64,000 nt of DNA. Origin: Candidatus Latescibacterota bacterium (lineage in GTDB: Bacteria > Latescibacterota > UBA2968 > UBA8231). Where the stretch lies: NCBI GenBank assembly GCA_965203355.1, contig OZ241889.1:3872001-3936000 (forward strand), written 5' to 3'. The position numbers and the translations under genes were made by a program. Below the pieces are notes generated by a model. That model was not told where the DNA came from and did not search any database. It saw only the letters and a list, made by a program, of their open reading frames with translations. Of the stretch, positions 27,435 to 37,071 are shown piece by piece (within the stretch, counting starts at the first letter, position 1; the number at the start of each line of letters is the position of its first letter).

Positions 27435-29189
27435 ATGAACACGGCACAACAACAGGCCGAGGCCCTATCCGCCGGGCTATATGCCCATCAGGTCGAGGGC
27501 ATTGCCTTTTTGTTGGGTCGCCAGCGGGCGATCCTCGCCGACGACATGGGGCTGGGCAAGACGCGGCAATCCGTGCTGGCTATGCGCCAAGCCCGACCCG
27601 AGGGTCCCTATCTGGTCGTCTGTCCGGCAGCGGTCAAAACCAACTGGGTACGCGAGATCGAGTTGGTGCTGCCAACGGCAGCAATCGCCATCGTCGGCCC
27701 CGCACCTCCGCCCGCACCCGGCTACACGGGCTGGGCCATCATCAACTACGACATCCTGGCCAAACACCCGCTGGCAGCACACGCTTGGAGTGGCCTAATT
27801 TTCGACGAGGCCCACTATCTCAAAAACTATCGCAGCCAACGGCAACGCCTGTCGATGAGCTTGGTCAAGGCCGTGGCCGACGAGGCGGTGATCCACCTTT
27901 TGACCGGCACCCCATTGACGAGTCGGCCGCGCGACCTCTTCCCCCTGTTGCAGTTGGCGCGCCACGCGCTCGGACGTTCATTCGTCTCATTCGCCAAGCG
28001 CTATTGCGACGCCTACAAGGGCGAGTACGGCTGGGTCGCCGACGGGGCCTCCAACATCGCAGAGCTAACTGTGCAACTACACGGCATCATGCTGCGTCGC
28101 ACCAAGGCCGAGGTCCTCGACCTGCCGCCCAAGATCCGCAGTTGGCTCGACGTGGAGGTCGCCAGCCGGGTGGCGCACGCGCTGAGCGAGGCCGTGACCG
28201 AACTGTTGCAGACCATCTCGCGCCGAGGCCAAGCCAAGCGCGCCGACGAGACCGAGGCCGAGCGTCGCGCGCGCCAAGGCCGGATCATGGGCCAGCTAAC
28301 TACCGCGCGCAACCGCTTGGCCATAGCCAAGGTCCGCAGCACGATTCCCTTTGTCGAAAACGCCTTAGAACAGGGTGAAAAAGTCTTGGTCTTCTCGTGT
28401 TTTCTAGCCCCCATCAACACGCTGTGCAAGCACTTCGGCCAGAAGGCCGTCGCCATCACCGGCGAAGTGCCAGCGAGTGAGCGGCAACAACGGGCCGACC
28501 GCTTTCAGGAGGACGACTCGGTGCGGGTGCTGGCCGCGCAGATCGCGGCTGGGGGCGTCGGGCTCAACCTCACCGCGGCGCGGCAGGTGGTCTTCAACGA
28601 TCTCGACTGGGTTCCGGTCAATCACTGGCAGGCCGAGGACCGGGCCTACCGCATCGGGCAACAGCAAGCGGTCAACGTCACCTACATGGTCGGCAGCAAC
28701 ACGATCGACGAATTCGTCAAGACGGTCCTCGAAACCAAGTCAGCGCTGATCGACCAGCTCGTCGAGGGCCGCGCCTTGCCCGAAAATTTCCAGCGCGACG
28801 TAATGGACGAGTTGCGGCGGGTGATGGAGGTGCTGCCCGCGCCGCCCTCGGGCGGGATAAACGAGCGGCAAGTGGTGGAACTGTTGCGCGAGGCCGGGGC
28901 GGCTTTTGTCGCCGCGCAGCCTGCGGTTGAGTCCGCGGCCAAGTCGCGCTTGCCGTCGGCCGAGGCCGTGCGCGTGTTGGCGCGGGTGTTAGCCGGGCCA
29001 AAGCGATCGCTATACCGGGTGGACAGTTCGTCGAAGCCGGGGACGCGCTACGAATTGGAGGTGGAGGGAAACGACATCAGTTGCAGTTGTAAGGGATTTT
29101 CCTATCGGGGAATTTGCCAACATGCGCGGGTATTGAAGGAAGCGTTGGTCAAGGGAGACGAGTTGCCGGAGGGATTCGTCGAAATTTGA
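27435..29189 (+). CDS. SNF2/HARP-like helicase with a C-terminal SWIM zinc finger
   Basis: LADDMGLGKT, DEAH, LTGTP, GVGLNLT, QAEDRAYRIGQ; C-terminal CSCKGFSYRGICQH (CxC-xn-CxH). Confidence 0.9.
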   Translation: MNTAQQQAEALSAGLYAHQVEGIAFLLGRQRAILADDMGLGKTRQSVLAMRQARPEGPYLVVCPAAVKTNWVREIELVLPTAAIAIVGPAPPPAPGYTGWAIINYDILAKHPLAAHAWSGLIFDEAHYLKNYRSQRQRLSMSLVKAVADEAVIHLLTGTPLTSRPRDLFPLLQLARHALGRSFVSFAKRYCDAYKGEYGWVADGASNIAELTVQLHGIMLRRTKAEVLDLPPKIRSWLDVEVASRVAHALSEAVTELLQTISRRGQAKRADETEAERRARQGRIMGQLTTARNRLAIAKVRSTIPFVENALEQGEKVLVFSCFLAPINTLCKHFGQKAVAITGEVPASERQQRADRFQEDDSVRVLAAQIAAGGVGLNLTAARQVVFNDLDWVPVNHWQAEDRAYRIGQQQAVNVTYMVGSNTIDEFVKTVLETKSALIDQLVEGRALPENFQRDVMDELRRVMEVLPAPPSGGINERQVVELLREAGAAFVAAQPAVESAAKSRLPSAEAVRVLARVLAGPKRSLYRVDSSSKPGTRYELEVEGNDISCSCKGFSYRGICQHARVLKEALVKGDELPEGFVEI

Positions 29190-29309
29190 CGGTTGCGCCC
29201 ATACACTTGTAGTTAGGTGTGTTGCAGCATAGCTCGCTAGCCGCTCACTTCCAGTCGATTTGAGTCCACCGCGTTGCAAATGGACCTTTAGCTTTACTGC
29301 GAAACCACC

Positions 29310-30434
29310 ATGCCCTACGACATATCACCCGAAAAAAGAGACTGGTACCGGGCCATTTCGGCGCGATCCAGACAGCGAAAAAAAGCGGCGGTCCGCGGTG
29401 CGTTCCAATGCGATCCAAGCGGAATTAATGAGCCAGTCTTGAACCCAAAGGGACTAATGCCCCAACAGCGACAACAGGGTTTGAGAGCGATGTCCCTGTT
29501 TTCAGGAGGTGGCGGTCTGGACCTCGGTTTTGAGCAGGCCGGTTTTGAGCATATTGCCAGTTTCGACGCGCTGGAGATTTGCGGTGCTACGCTGCGGCGA
29601 AACCGATCGCAATGGAAGGTTTTTTCTGGTCCACATGGCGATGTAACAAAGGTCGATTGGACGGCCTATAAAGGTGCCGTCGATCTCATCCACGGAGGCC
29701 CGCCATGCCAGCCTTTCTCAGTTGCCGGAAGACAAAATGGGAGTGAGGATACTAGGGATATGTGGCCGGCGTTTATTGACGCCGTGATGACTGTCAAACC
29801 CGATGCGTTCGTAGCTGAAAACGTTCCGGGCTTACTCGATCCCAAGTTCAATAAATATGTACATAAGGTGATTATAGAGCCGCTAGAACCAAGTTATCAC
29901 ATCGCCAAATTCAAAGCTGTTGCCTCCGATTTTGGCGTTCCTCAGGTACGCAAGCGGATCATTTTCGTCGGCTTTAGATCGCCCAAAGCAGCTAGTGAAT
30001 TCGAGGTTCCGCAGGCAACGCATTTTCCCAACGATAGTCTGTTTTCATCGGGCCGATGTACGTTGGGAGCGAGGGCGGCTTTAGGTCTAGACGATATGGG
30101 CTTCGATTGCTTTGCGCCGACGCTCCGCTCTGGTTTTACTGGTCCGAGAAAGACGACTAGCATTCTAAATAGTAAGGCTGGTCAAAAAGTCTGGCAGAGG
30201 CTACAGATTTGGCCGAATGGCGTACAAAAATCGAGAGAGGAAGCCGTTATGTTCCCACCAGAAAATGGACATTTTAGGCTTTCCGTCCAAGACTGTGCTC
30301 TGCTACAAGGGTTTCCGGCAGATTGGCTCTTTGAGGGTGCTGTGTACCAGATTCTTGGGCAGATTGGCAATTCCGTTTGTCCGCCGGTGAGCTATGCTAT
30401 CGCAAAATCAGTCGCGAACGCATTGAGGGCCTAA
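29310..30434 (+). CDS. DNA (cytosine-5)-methyltransferase
   Basis: SLFSGGGGLDLG, GGPPCQPFS, ENVPG, PQVRKRIIFVG, LQGFP, QIGNSV. Confidence 0.95.
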   Translation: MPYDISPEKRDWYRAISARSRQRKKAAVRGAFQCDPSGINEPVLNPKGLMPQQRQQGLRAMSLFSGGGGLDLGFEQAGFEHIASFDALEICGATLRRNRSQWKVFSGPHGDVTKVDWTAYKGAVDLIHGGPPCQPFSVAGRQNGSEDTRDMWPAFIDAVMTVKPDAFVAENVPGLLDPKFNKYVHKVIIEPLEPSYHIAKFKAVASDFGVPQVRKRIIFVGFRSPKAASEFEVPQATHFPNDSLFSSGRCTLGARAALGLDDMGFDCFAPTLRSGFTGPRKTTSILNSKAGQKVWQRLQIWPNGVQKSREEAVMFPPENGHFRLSVQDCALLQGFPADWLFEGAVYQILGQIGNSVCPPVSYAIAKSVANALRA

Positions 30435-31135
30435 TGACTGTCCAAGACGATAGCCGAGAAAAGGAAATGTGTCAGCTATTGGGCTTGAAAGAGGGGGCAG
30501 GCCGTTCCGGGGTGGACGCGTTCTTTGAATTTGTAGCGAATGGGGCACTTTACTCTGTACCGATTGAGCTTAAATCAACGACGACAGGTTCTGTTTCAAC
30601 TGCAAGGGATGTAGGACCTACCCATATAGCAAAGTGGCGCTCCCGAATATGGGTTTTCGGTTTTTACAACTCTTCGGGAACCTCCCTACAGAAATTGCTC
30701 GTACTTGGGCCGAATGAGATGGAAAGTTGGATAGGGGAAAAAGAGCAATACATTAAACCTGATTTTGTGATAGGAGAGCGCGTTGCGGAGAAGCTTGATT
30801 TTGAAGACTTATACTTTATATGCTCAGAAAAGAGCAAGTACAGTTTAGAGGATGCTAGGTCTCTTCACAAAAAACAGTGGAACCAAGAGAAGTATCGTTC
30901 AGAAATGGATGATGCCGATGGTTATACTCCTGCGAAAATGCTCGAAATTCTCAAGTCGCGAGCCATTTATCTTAATCAACGCGGTTCAACCCTAAACAAC
31001 CCACACATCCCAAAGTCGTTCTTTGCACAATTCAGGGACCGGATGATCGACGTTGTACATATCGACGCAGATGATCGTGCCACTATCCACCAAACGCTAC
31101 GCAACATAACGCTGGCTAACAAAACCGGGCAGTGA
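30434..31135 (+). CDS. Putative type II restriction endonuclease, partner of the C5 methyltransferase
   Basis: TAATG translational coupling to the methyltransferase. VDAF...IELKSTT is PD-(D/E)xK-like. AT-richer than the flanks. Confidence 0.7.
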   Translation: MTVQDDSREKEMCQLLGLKEGAGRSGVDAFFEFVANGALYSVPIELKSTTTGSVSTARDVGPTHIAKWRSRIWVFGFYNSSGTSLQKLLVLGPNEMESWIGEKEQYIKPDFVIGERVAEKLDFEDLYFICSEKSKYSLEDARSLHKKQWNQEKYRSEMDDADGYTPAKMLEILKSRAIYLNQRGSTLNNPHIPKSFFAQFRDRMIDVVHIDADDRATIHQTLRNITLANKTGQ

Positions 31136-31174
31136 ACCTTTCACCCCTGCCAATTTTCGTAAAGGAGCTTATTC

Positions 31175-31807
31175 ATGGCCTTTGAAATTTTCGATTTCCG
31201 CCGAGAAGAACACATCAAAAACCTCCTCGTCACGCCGCACATCCGCGCCCGCTTCCTGCGCATGCAGCCGGGCGACGTGGCCGACTTGCACAGCCACGAT
31301 CTCGGCCACGAGATTTTTCTCATCCTGCAAGGCCGCTGCGTCTTCCACATCGCCGGCAGCCAACAGGAGCTATGCGCGGGCCAGCTCTGCATCGCCCGCG
31401 CCGACGAAATCCATCAGGTGCGAGCCATCGGCGATGAGCCTATGATGATGTACTTGTCGGTAACGCCCCACATCCAGCCGACCCACACCGGCCGCGACCC
31501 CGACGGCACCCGCCACCCAACCCGCTTCCAGCCCTCCAGCGCATACGACGCGGAGACGGATACCGACACGCCCATCGACGAACTCATCGACAAATTTACG
31601 ACCGCGTCAGCCGACTTAGCCCGCGCCGCCAGCAAGCAAGCAGCACGCAGCGAGCAACTCAAGGCGACCCTAGCGGCGGGAGACGAAGCACAGGCCACCG
31701 AGCTACGCGAAGCCATGTGGCAAGACGTGTACCAGAGCTTCAAGCGCGCCTACGAACTGGCCGATGTGTGGAACGATTTGACGCCGCGCGTCGGAAAGGT
31801 GGGGTAG
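31175..31807 (+). CDS. Cupin-domain protein
   Basis: LHSHDLGHEIFLILQG...DEIH metal-binding cupin motifs; AAGGAG SD. Confidence 0.85.
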   Translation: MAFEIFDFRREEHIKNLLVTPHIRARFLRMQPGDVADLHSHDLGHEIFLILQGRCVFHIAGSQQELCAGQLCIARADEIHQVRAIGDEPMMMYLSVTPHIQPTHTGRDPDGTRHPTRFQPSSAYDAETDTDTPIDELIDKFTTASADLARAASKQAARSEQLKATLAAGDEAQATELREAMWQDVYQSFKRAYELADVWNDLTPRVGKVG

Positions 31808-31808
31808 A

Positions 31809-32050
31809 TTAGGCGGAATCTTCTTTTTTCTTTGCGCGCCTGTGCTCCCGGCACACCAGCACCAAAGCCCCGACCAGCAAGACCCCACTGAGCGCGACGA
31901 AGCGCTTCCGCAGCGGCGAAAGACGCGCCTCGATCACAATGTCGTGTTCGCCGGCCTCCAACGGTAGGGCCATAAAGCGGCCAGCCGTTTCCAGCGGCTA
32001 CACCGGCACCCCATTGACGGAGACGTGTAGATAGGGAAAGTAATGGAAAA
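31809..32050 (-). pseudogene. Orphan C-terminal fragment of a YfhO-like membrane protein, with an internal stop
   Basis: Reads FHYFPYLHVSVNGVPV*PLETAGRFMALPLEAGEHDIVIEARLSPLRKRFVALSGVLLVGALVLVCREHRRAKKKEDSA*, with TAG at 31998-32000 and no N-terminal part. Confidence 0.55.
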
Positions 32051-32192
32051 TTGGTAGTAGGGTCTCGGTACGTTTTCGGGGGCATTCGTCATCAAACGTT
32101 TGTTAGTACATGATTCGTCAAACACAAAAATGCAGCCGACATTCGTACATCTGGCCTTGTAGCAAAGAGGTATCCGCGCTATGTTCTGCCGC

Positions 32193-33275
32193 ATGAACAG
32201 CCCAGCCCCCATTCGCGTCGGCTGCGTCGGCTGCGGAGCCGTCGCCCAAGTCCAGCACCTGCCCAACCTCACCGCGCTCAAGGACCTGTTTTCCGTCGAG
32301 ATGGTCTGCGACCTTTCGCCGAGCTTGGCGCAGACCGTAGCGCGAGAATTTCACGTGCCGCACCACACCGACGACTGGCGGACGCTGCTGGCTGCCGACA
32401 TCGACGCCGTACTCCTGTGCCACACCGATCCCAAGACCGAGATTGCCGTCGCCGCCTTTGAAGCCGACAAACACGTATTCATTGAAAAGCCGATCTGCTT
32501 CTCGCTACAAGAGGCCGACCGGATCATCGCCGCCCAGCAGGCGGCTGGCACCGTTGGCTTAGCTGGCTACATGAAGGTGTACGACCCGGCCTTTGAGACC
32601 GCGGCCCGTGCGGCCGCTGACATGGCTGCCATCCGCTTCGTCCAGATCCATCATCTGCACACCAACAACTCGCATCATGTGGCCCACTTCCGCTTGCACC
32701 GCACAGACGACATACCCGCTGCTGCCGCCGAGCAGACGCGGGCAGCGCGTACAGCGGCCGTGCGCGAGGCCATCGGCGAAGTCCCGGCCGACGTGCAGAC
32801 TGCCTTTGGCCACCTTGCCGGCAGCATGATCCACGATCTCTACGGCCTACGCGCCATAATGGGCGTACCCGAAAAAGTCTCCAACACTGAAATCTGGTAC
32901 GAAGGCTGGGGCGTCAGCACCATGCTCGCTTATGCCAACGGCGCACGCGGTGCGGCAACCTGGGTCGAACTAAAGGACGTGCGCGACTTCAAAGAGACGC
33001 TCGAAGTCTGCGGCGACGACCGCCGCGTATTGCTCTCTTATCCGACCGGCTTCTCGCGGGGCATCCTCTCCACCTTGGAGATTCAGACCCTCGACGAGGC
33101 CGGCGAGGCTATCACCCACCGCCCAGCCATCGCGTGGGAAGGCCCTTTCGTCCGCGAGCTGAAGCACTTCCACGCTTGCATCACTGAGGGGGTGCCGCCG
33201 CGTACTCCCTTGGCAGAGGCCCGCTGCGACATCGCCCTAATCATCGACATCATCAAAGCCTATCTAGACCGCTGA
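32193..33275 (+). CDS. Gfo/Idh/MocA oxidoreductase
   Basis: IRVGCVGCGAVA, HVFIEKP, GYMKVYDP, GSMIHD. Alternative start at 32181. Confidence 0.9.
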   Translation: MNSPAPIRVGCVGCGAVAQVQHLPNLTALKDLFSVEMVCDLSPSLAQTVAREFHVPHHTDDWRTLLAADIDAVLLCHTDPKTEIAVAAFEADKHVFIEKPICFSLQEADRIIAAQQAAGTVGLAGYMKVYDPAFETAARAAADMAAIRFVQIHHLHTNNSHHVAHFRLHRTDDIPAAAAEQTRAARTAAVREAIGEVPADVQTAFGHLAGSMIHDLYGLRAIMGVPEKVSNTEIWYEGWGVSTMLAYANGARGAATWVELKDVRDFKETLEVCGDDRRVLLSYPTGFSRGILSTLEIQTLDEAGEAITHRPAIAWEGPFVRELKHFHACITEGVPPRTPLAEARCDIALIIDIIKAYLDR

Positions 33276-33454
33276 CATGGCCCCGCCCATCATCTGTACC
33301 GACGATGGCTGGACTTTCACGGGGAAAGGGAACTTGCAGTGGATGGTTCTTTTTTGTGGCCGATTACCAACGAGATCGTGGTGCGGCTAGTGGTCGGGCA
33401 AAAAGATCGCCGCAAGCAAGTAATACTGACCGGCGTCGAATCGATTATGGTTCA

Positions 33455-34408
33455 CTAATCGGCGTCTTGTTGGGCTTTATATTGCTCTTCTTGTTCGAGT
33501 AATGTCATTTGTGTAGGTCCTTTTGATTGATCTGGATAAAGGGCCTCAACAGACCTTTCAAAATCACTAAGAGCATTCTCATGGCCACGCAGAAACCAAT
33601 GTTTATGATTTTCAAGATACGCCTTTCTAATAGGCTCGTTACGCAAATCAAGAGGGACACGTTCCATTCTTGGATCTATACTATCGAATCCTACAAACTC
33701 TTTTTGCAAGCGTTTTTTCGCCATTTTTACATAGTCTGGGTTTAATTCAATTCCGACGCCGACTCGATTGAGTTGTTGACATACTCTGAGCGTCGTTCCA
33801 CTGCCTAAGAATGGATCGAGAACTAGTGATCCTTCACTGCTTGAAGCTAATATCATCCGCTCCATTAGCCCTTCCGGTTTTTGAGTCGGGTGATTCTGTC
33901 TATTATAACTACAGTAATGAACGTGCGAAAATTCCCAAACATCTCCTGGATTTGCTCCTCGCATATTGTTACGCTCGCGGTAATATTTTTGAGGTACGCG
34001 AATATCATCTAAGTTAAAAGTGAAATCTCTTGTTTTTGTGAACATTATAATATCGTCGTGTCGAGGGGAAAAGCCTCTCTTTTTTCCTATTCCCTGCGTA
34101 TAGTGCCACACTATCCAGCTATTGAAAAGCATTCCAAGATCTCTAGCTAAGAGGTCATACAGAGAAGAAATAAATCGGAATCCCATAAAAACATAAATCG
34201 TTCCATCGGCCTTTAGAAGACGATGAGCTTCTTTGATCCAATCCTTCGAGAATGCTGAATATTCTTCAAAATCTTTAGTGTCACGATTATTACCATAGTC
34301 TTTCCCTAGATTGTAAGGAGGATCGGCAATGATAAGATCAAAGACCTCGGAGTCGATCTTTTGCATCTCAGAGACGGCGTCTCCCAAGATTATTTTTTGT
34401 TCAATCAT
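33455..34408 (-). CDS. DNA N6-adenine/N4-cytosine methyltransferase (beta class)
   Basis: ADPPYN precedes HPTQKP and VLDPFLGSGTT; AT-rich. Confidence 0.93.
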   Translation of the reverse strand: MIEQKIILGDAVSEMQKIDSEVFDLIIADPPYNLGKDYGNNRDTKDFEEYSAFSKDWIKEAHRLLKADGTIYVFMGFRFISSLYDLLARDLGMLFNSWIVWHYTQGIGKKRGFSPRHDDIIMFTKTRDFTFNLDDIRVPQKYYRERNNMRGANPGDVWEFSHVHYCSYNRQNHPTQKPEGLMERMILASSSEGSLVLDPFLGSGTTLRVCQQLNRVGVGIELNPDYVKMAKKRLQKEFVGFDSIDPRMERVPLDLRNEPIRKAYLENHKHWFLRGHENALSDFERSVEALYPDQSKGPTQMTLLEQEEQYKAQQDAD

Positions 34409-35126
34409 CGGACTTTATCCATCCATTTTTATTAGCCAGTTCAAGCCATTGATCGAATGATCGTCGACCAGACTGAAGATATTTCTGATCAAGTAACTGA
34501 CAAAACTCCCATGTGGTTCTTGCTTCAAGTTCAACGTAGTGAATATCTCGTACTTGGACTTGTCCCGTTCCAAGCGCAGGATTATAGTTTATATCCCTTG
34601 AAGACAAATATTTGAGATCATAAGCATTATACGAAATAACCTCCATAATTCCGTCCATTAACCCTGTAGTTTTGCTACGCTTCGAATATACGCGGTGTTT
34701 TAGAGAAAGAATGACGAATATGTAATCGGGATCTTCAACATAGGCAGTGCGAATACGAGCGTATGAAGTGATATTCGGGGACTTTCCACTAGATTCTATA
34801 TCCTCTGATGTTGCCTTAACATCAACTTCTGCTGTCACGCCACTTTCAAATTTTCTCTGCTTTTGAAATTGTAGTATGATATCCGCCATATTTAGACGCT
34901 CAACTGCTTCCACATTAATCAATTGATATTTATTATTATTATCTTCAAGGACATAATGAAACGTTTGAGCAGCCCATGCTTCAATAAATGGTCCAGCGAT
35001 CTTATTGATATTCTCCATCGGGAGACCGAACTTTAGATTTGTATTGATAAGAATTTTATTTTTCCCCTGTTCAATAGCTTCTTTGAGGAAGGTGTCGAGT
35101 ATGTACGCCGCGTCGTCACGCGACAC
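34401..35126 (-). CDS. Putative type II restriction endonuclease
   Basis: Overlaps the methyltransferase start by 8 nt. MADII...EVDVKAT is PD-(D/E)xK-like. AT-rich; GTG start. Confidence 0.72.
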   Translation of the reverse strand: MSRDDAAYILDTFLKEAIEQGKNKILINTNLKFGLPMENINKIAGPFIEAWAAQTFHYVLEDNNNKYQLINVEAVERLNMADIILQFQKQRKFESGVTAEVDVKATSEDIESSGKSPNITSYARIRTAYVEDPDYIFVILSLKHRVYSKRSKTTGLMDGIMEVISYNAYDLKYLSSRDINYNPALGTGQVQVRDIHYVELEARTTWEFCQLLDQKYLQSGRRSFDQWLELANKNGWIKSDD

Positions 35127-35177
35127 ACCGTAGAAGTAGTGCGTGTCTAGGCGGCGGAAAGATATAGCCCCTCCCCC

Positions 35178-35966
35178 TCACTCCTCAACCTCAGCCCACG
35201 CCCCTTTAGCCATCAGCCCCCCATCGACGCAGACATTCTCGCCAGTCATAAACGATGCCTTGTCGCTAGCCAAGAACAGCATGGCGTTGGCAATGTCCTC
35301 CGGCTGCCCATAGCGTCCAATTGGATGGAGCTTGGCGTAATCCTTGAAGAATTGCGTGCGCTCGTGGCCGAATGCCTCGATCACTTCATCGACTAGCGGC
35401 GTCTGAATGCCTCCTGGATTGACCGCCAAGACCCGAATCCCATACTTGGCGTAGTCGAGCGCGAGCTGTCTCGTCATAGAAATAATCCCGCCCTTGCTTG
35501 CAGCATAAGCCGAAACCATCGACGCCGATTGCAAGCCCTGGACGCTGGCCGTGTTGATGATGACCCCCTTGCGCTGCTCCATCATCTGCGGCAAGCAGTG
35601 CCTAGCCATCAGGAAGAAACTCCTTAGATTGACGTCAATGATCCGGTCCCACATTGCTAGCGGCAGCTCATGGGCCAGCTTATAGCTAGGCACGGGTTGG
35701 ATGCCAACGTTGTTGCACAACACGTCAACGCGGCCCCAATCCTCAATGATCTGCCCCACGGTTTGAGCGCAGACTTCGTCGCTGGCCACGTCGGCTTCAA
35801 AAAAGCGGATCAGGCCCTCTGCTGCGGCCAAGGCTGCACCAGCTTCTGCGTCTATGTCCAACGCGGCAACCTGCGCCCCGGCACCTGCGAACGCCCGCGA
35901 AATCCCCGCGCCAATCCCCTTAGCCCCGCCGGTGACGATAACTACTTGACCCGTAAAATCAGCCAT
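35178..35966 (-). CDS. SDR family oxidoreductase
   Basis: TGGAKGIG, NNVG, YAASKGG, VDGG. Confidence 0.93.
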   Translation of the reverse strand: MADFTGQVVIVTGGAKGIGAGISRAFAGAGAQVAALDIDAEAGAALAAAEGLIRFFEADVASDEVCAQTVGQIIEDWGRVDVLCNNVGIQPVPSYKLAHELPLAMWDRIIDVNLRSFFLMARHCLPQMMEQRKGVIINTASVQGLQSASMVSAYAASKGGIISMTRQLALDYAKYGIRVLAVNPGGIQTPLVDEVIEAFGHERTQFFKDYAKLHPIGRYGQPEDIANAMLFLASDKASFMTGENVCVDGGLMAKGAWAEVEE

Positions 35967-36008
35967 GACAATCTCCTGGTGTTTGTAGTGTAATTTTTGT
36001 GCGCCGTT

Positions 36009-37067
36009 CTAACACTCAGCGCGCTTCTTCAATTTACAACAAAACGCCTGCTGCCCCAGCACCTCGACCGGGAACACGCGCTCCATGTACAGTTTCGGCC
36101 ACGCGCCGAATGCCTCAGTCAGCAGAGTGCGTGCGCTGGTCAAACACACAGCCACGCCACCGGCCTTTAGCACTCTTGCCACCTCGCTGGCAAAATCTTT
36201 GTAGAGCGAGCGCAGTGCTTGGGGCTCGCCGATCTTTTTGCCAAAGGGCAGGTTGCACACCACCCGATCGACGCTGCCGTCGGCCAAGGGCAAATCCCGT
36301 GCATCCCATTGGCGGATGGCGATCGGCTTGTAGCGCGGTCCGACATTTGTGCGAGTAGCAGCCACGGCTTCCGAGCGAATGTCGCCGCCTAAAAGCTGAG
36401 CGTAGCGGCTGTGCATCCCCCGCTCGATGAGGATAGTTCCAGCCCCGCACATGGGATCGAGAAAGACGTCGCCAGGCAAGGGCTCGGATAGCATCACCAA
36501 GGCCCGCGCCACCGTCGGCCGCAGGGAAGCCTCCACTTGCGCGACCTTGTACGTGCGGTGGCGCATGGTTTCGTCGGAAAGGCGCACCCCGCAGAGCAAC
36601 TCGCCCGCGGCCTCCAAACCCCACACCTCCAACAGCGCCCGCTCAGCCACGTGCTTCCAGCGCGGGAAACGCCACGCCACGGCCTGCTGCAAAGCGCGGC
36701 GCATCTCTTGACGCACATAGCGCTGCCGCCCGCCACGGCGCTGGGCCACGATCCGATAGGTGATCCGCTTGATCCGCTTGGGGCGCGTACGGCGGTGCGC
36801 ACCCACGGCCCTTTCAAAAAGCGGCGACTCGGCGACGAGGGCGCCGGCCTGTGCCAAACCCTCGTACGCCGCGGCTACCGGACCGCGCGCCACCAATGCG
36901 AACACATCCTCGGTCGTCCCCAATCCGAGCAAGTCTTGCGGCGGGGCATCCGTCGCAAAAAACACCACGCCGCGCTGCTGGCCCTGCCGCTCGGCTCCCA
37001 AGCGCACCGCAATCTCTCGTTGGGCGATCTCCTCTAGCCCGGGGGCGACGAACGCGTAGAACTGCAC
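36009..37067 (-). CDS. THUMP-like class I SAM-dependent RNA methyltransferase (Trm14/RlmL-like)
   Basis: PGLEEIA, HRTYK..ASLRPTVA, LDPMCGAGTILIE, CNLPFGKK. Confidence 0.85.
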   Translation of the reverse strand: MQFYAFVAPGLEEIAQREIAVRLGAERQGQQRGVVFFATDAPPQDLLGLGTTEDVFALVARGPVAAAYEGLAQAGALVAESPLFERAVGAHRRTRPKRIKRITYRIVAQRRGGRQRYVRQEMRRALQQAVAWRFPRWKHVAERALLEVWGLEAAGELLCGVRLSDETMRHRTYKVAQVEASLRPTVARALVMLSEPLPGDVFLDPMCGAGTILIERGMHSRYAQLLGGDIRSEAVAATRTNVGPRYKPIAIRQWDARDLPLADGSVDRVVCNLPFGKKIGEPQALRSLYKDFASEVARVLKAGGVAVCLTSARTLLTEAFGAWPKLYMERVFPVEVLGQQAFCCKLKKRAEC

Positions 37068-37071
37068 GGCT

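Noticed and set aside
31998-32000. Recoded stop (Sec/Pyl) in the YfhO-like fragment, given selB nearby
   Set aside because: The codon is TAG, not TGA; the gene lacks its 5' part; no pyl genes are present. Simple decay is more likely.
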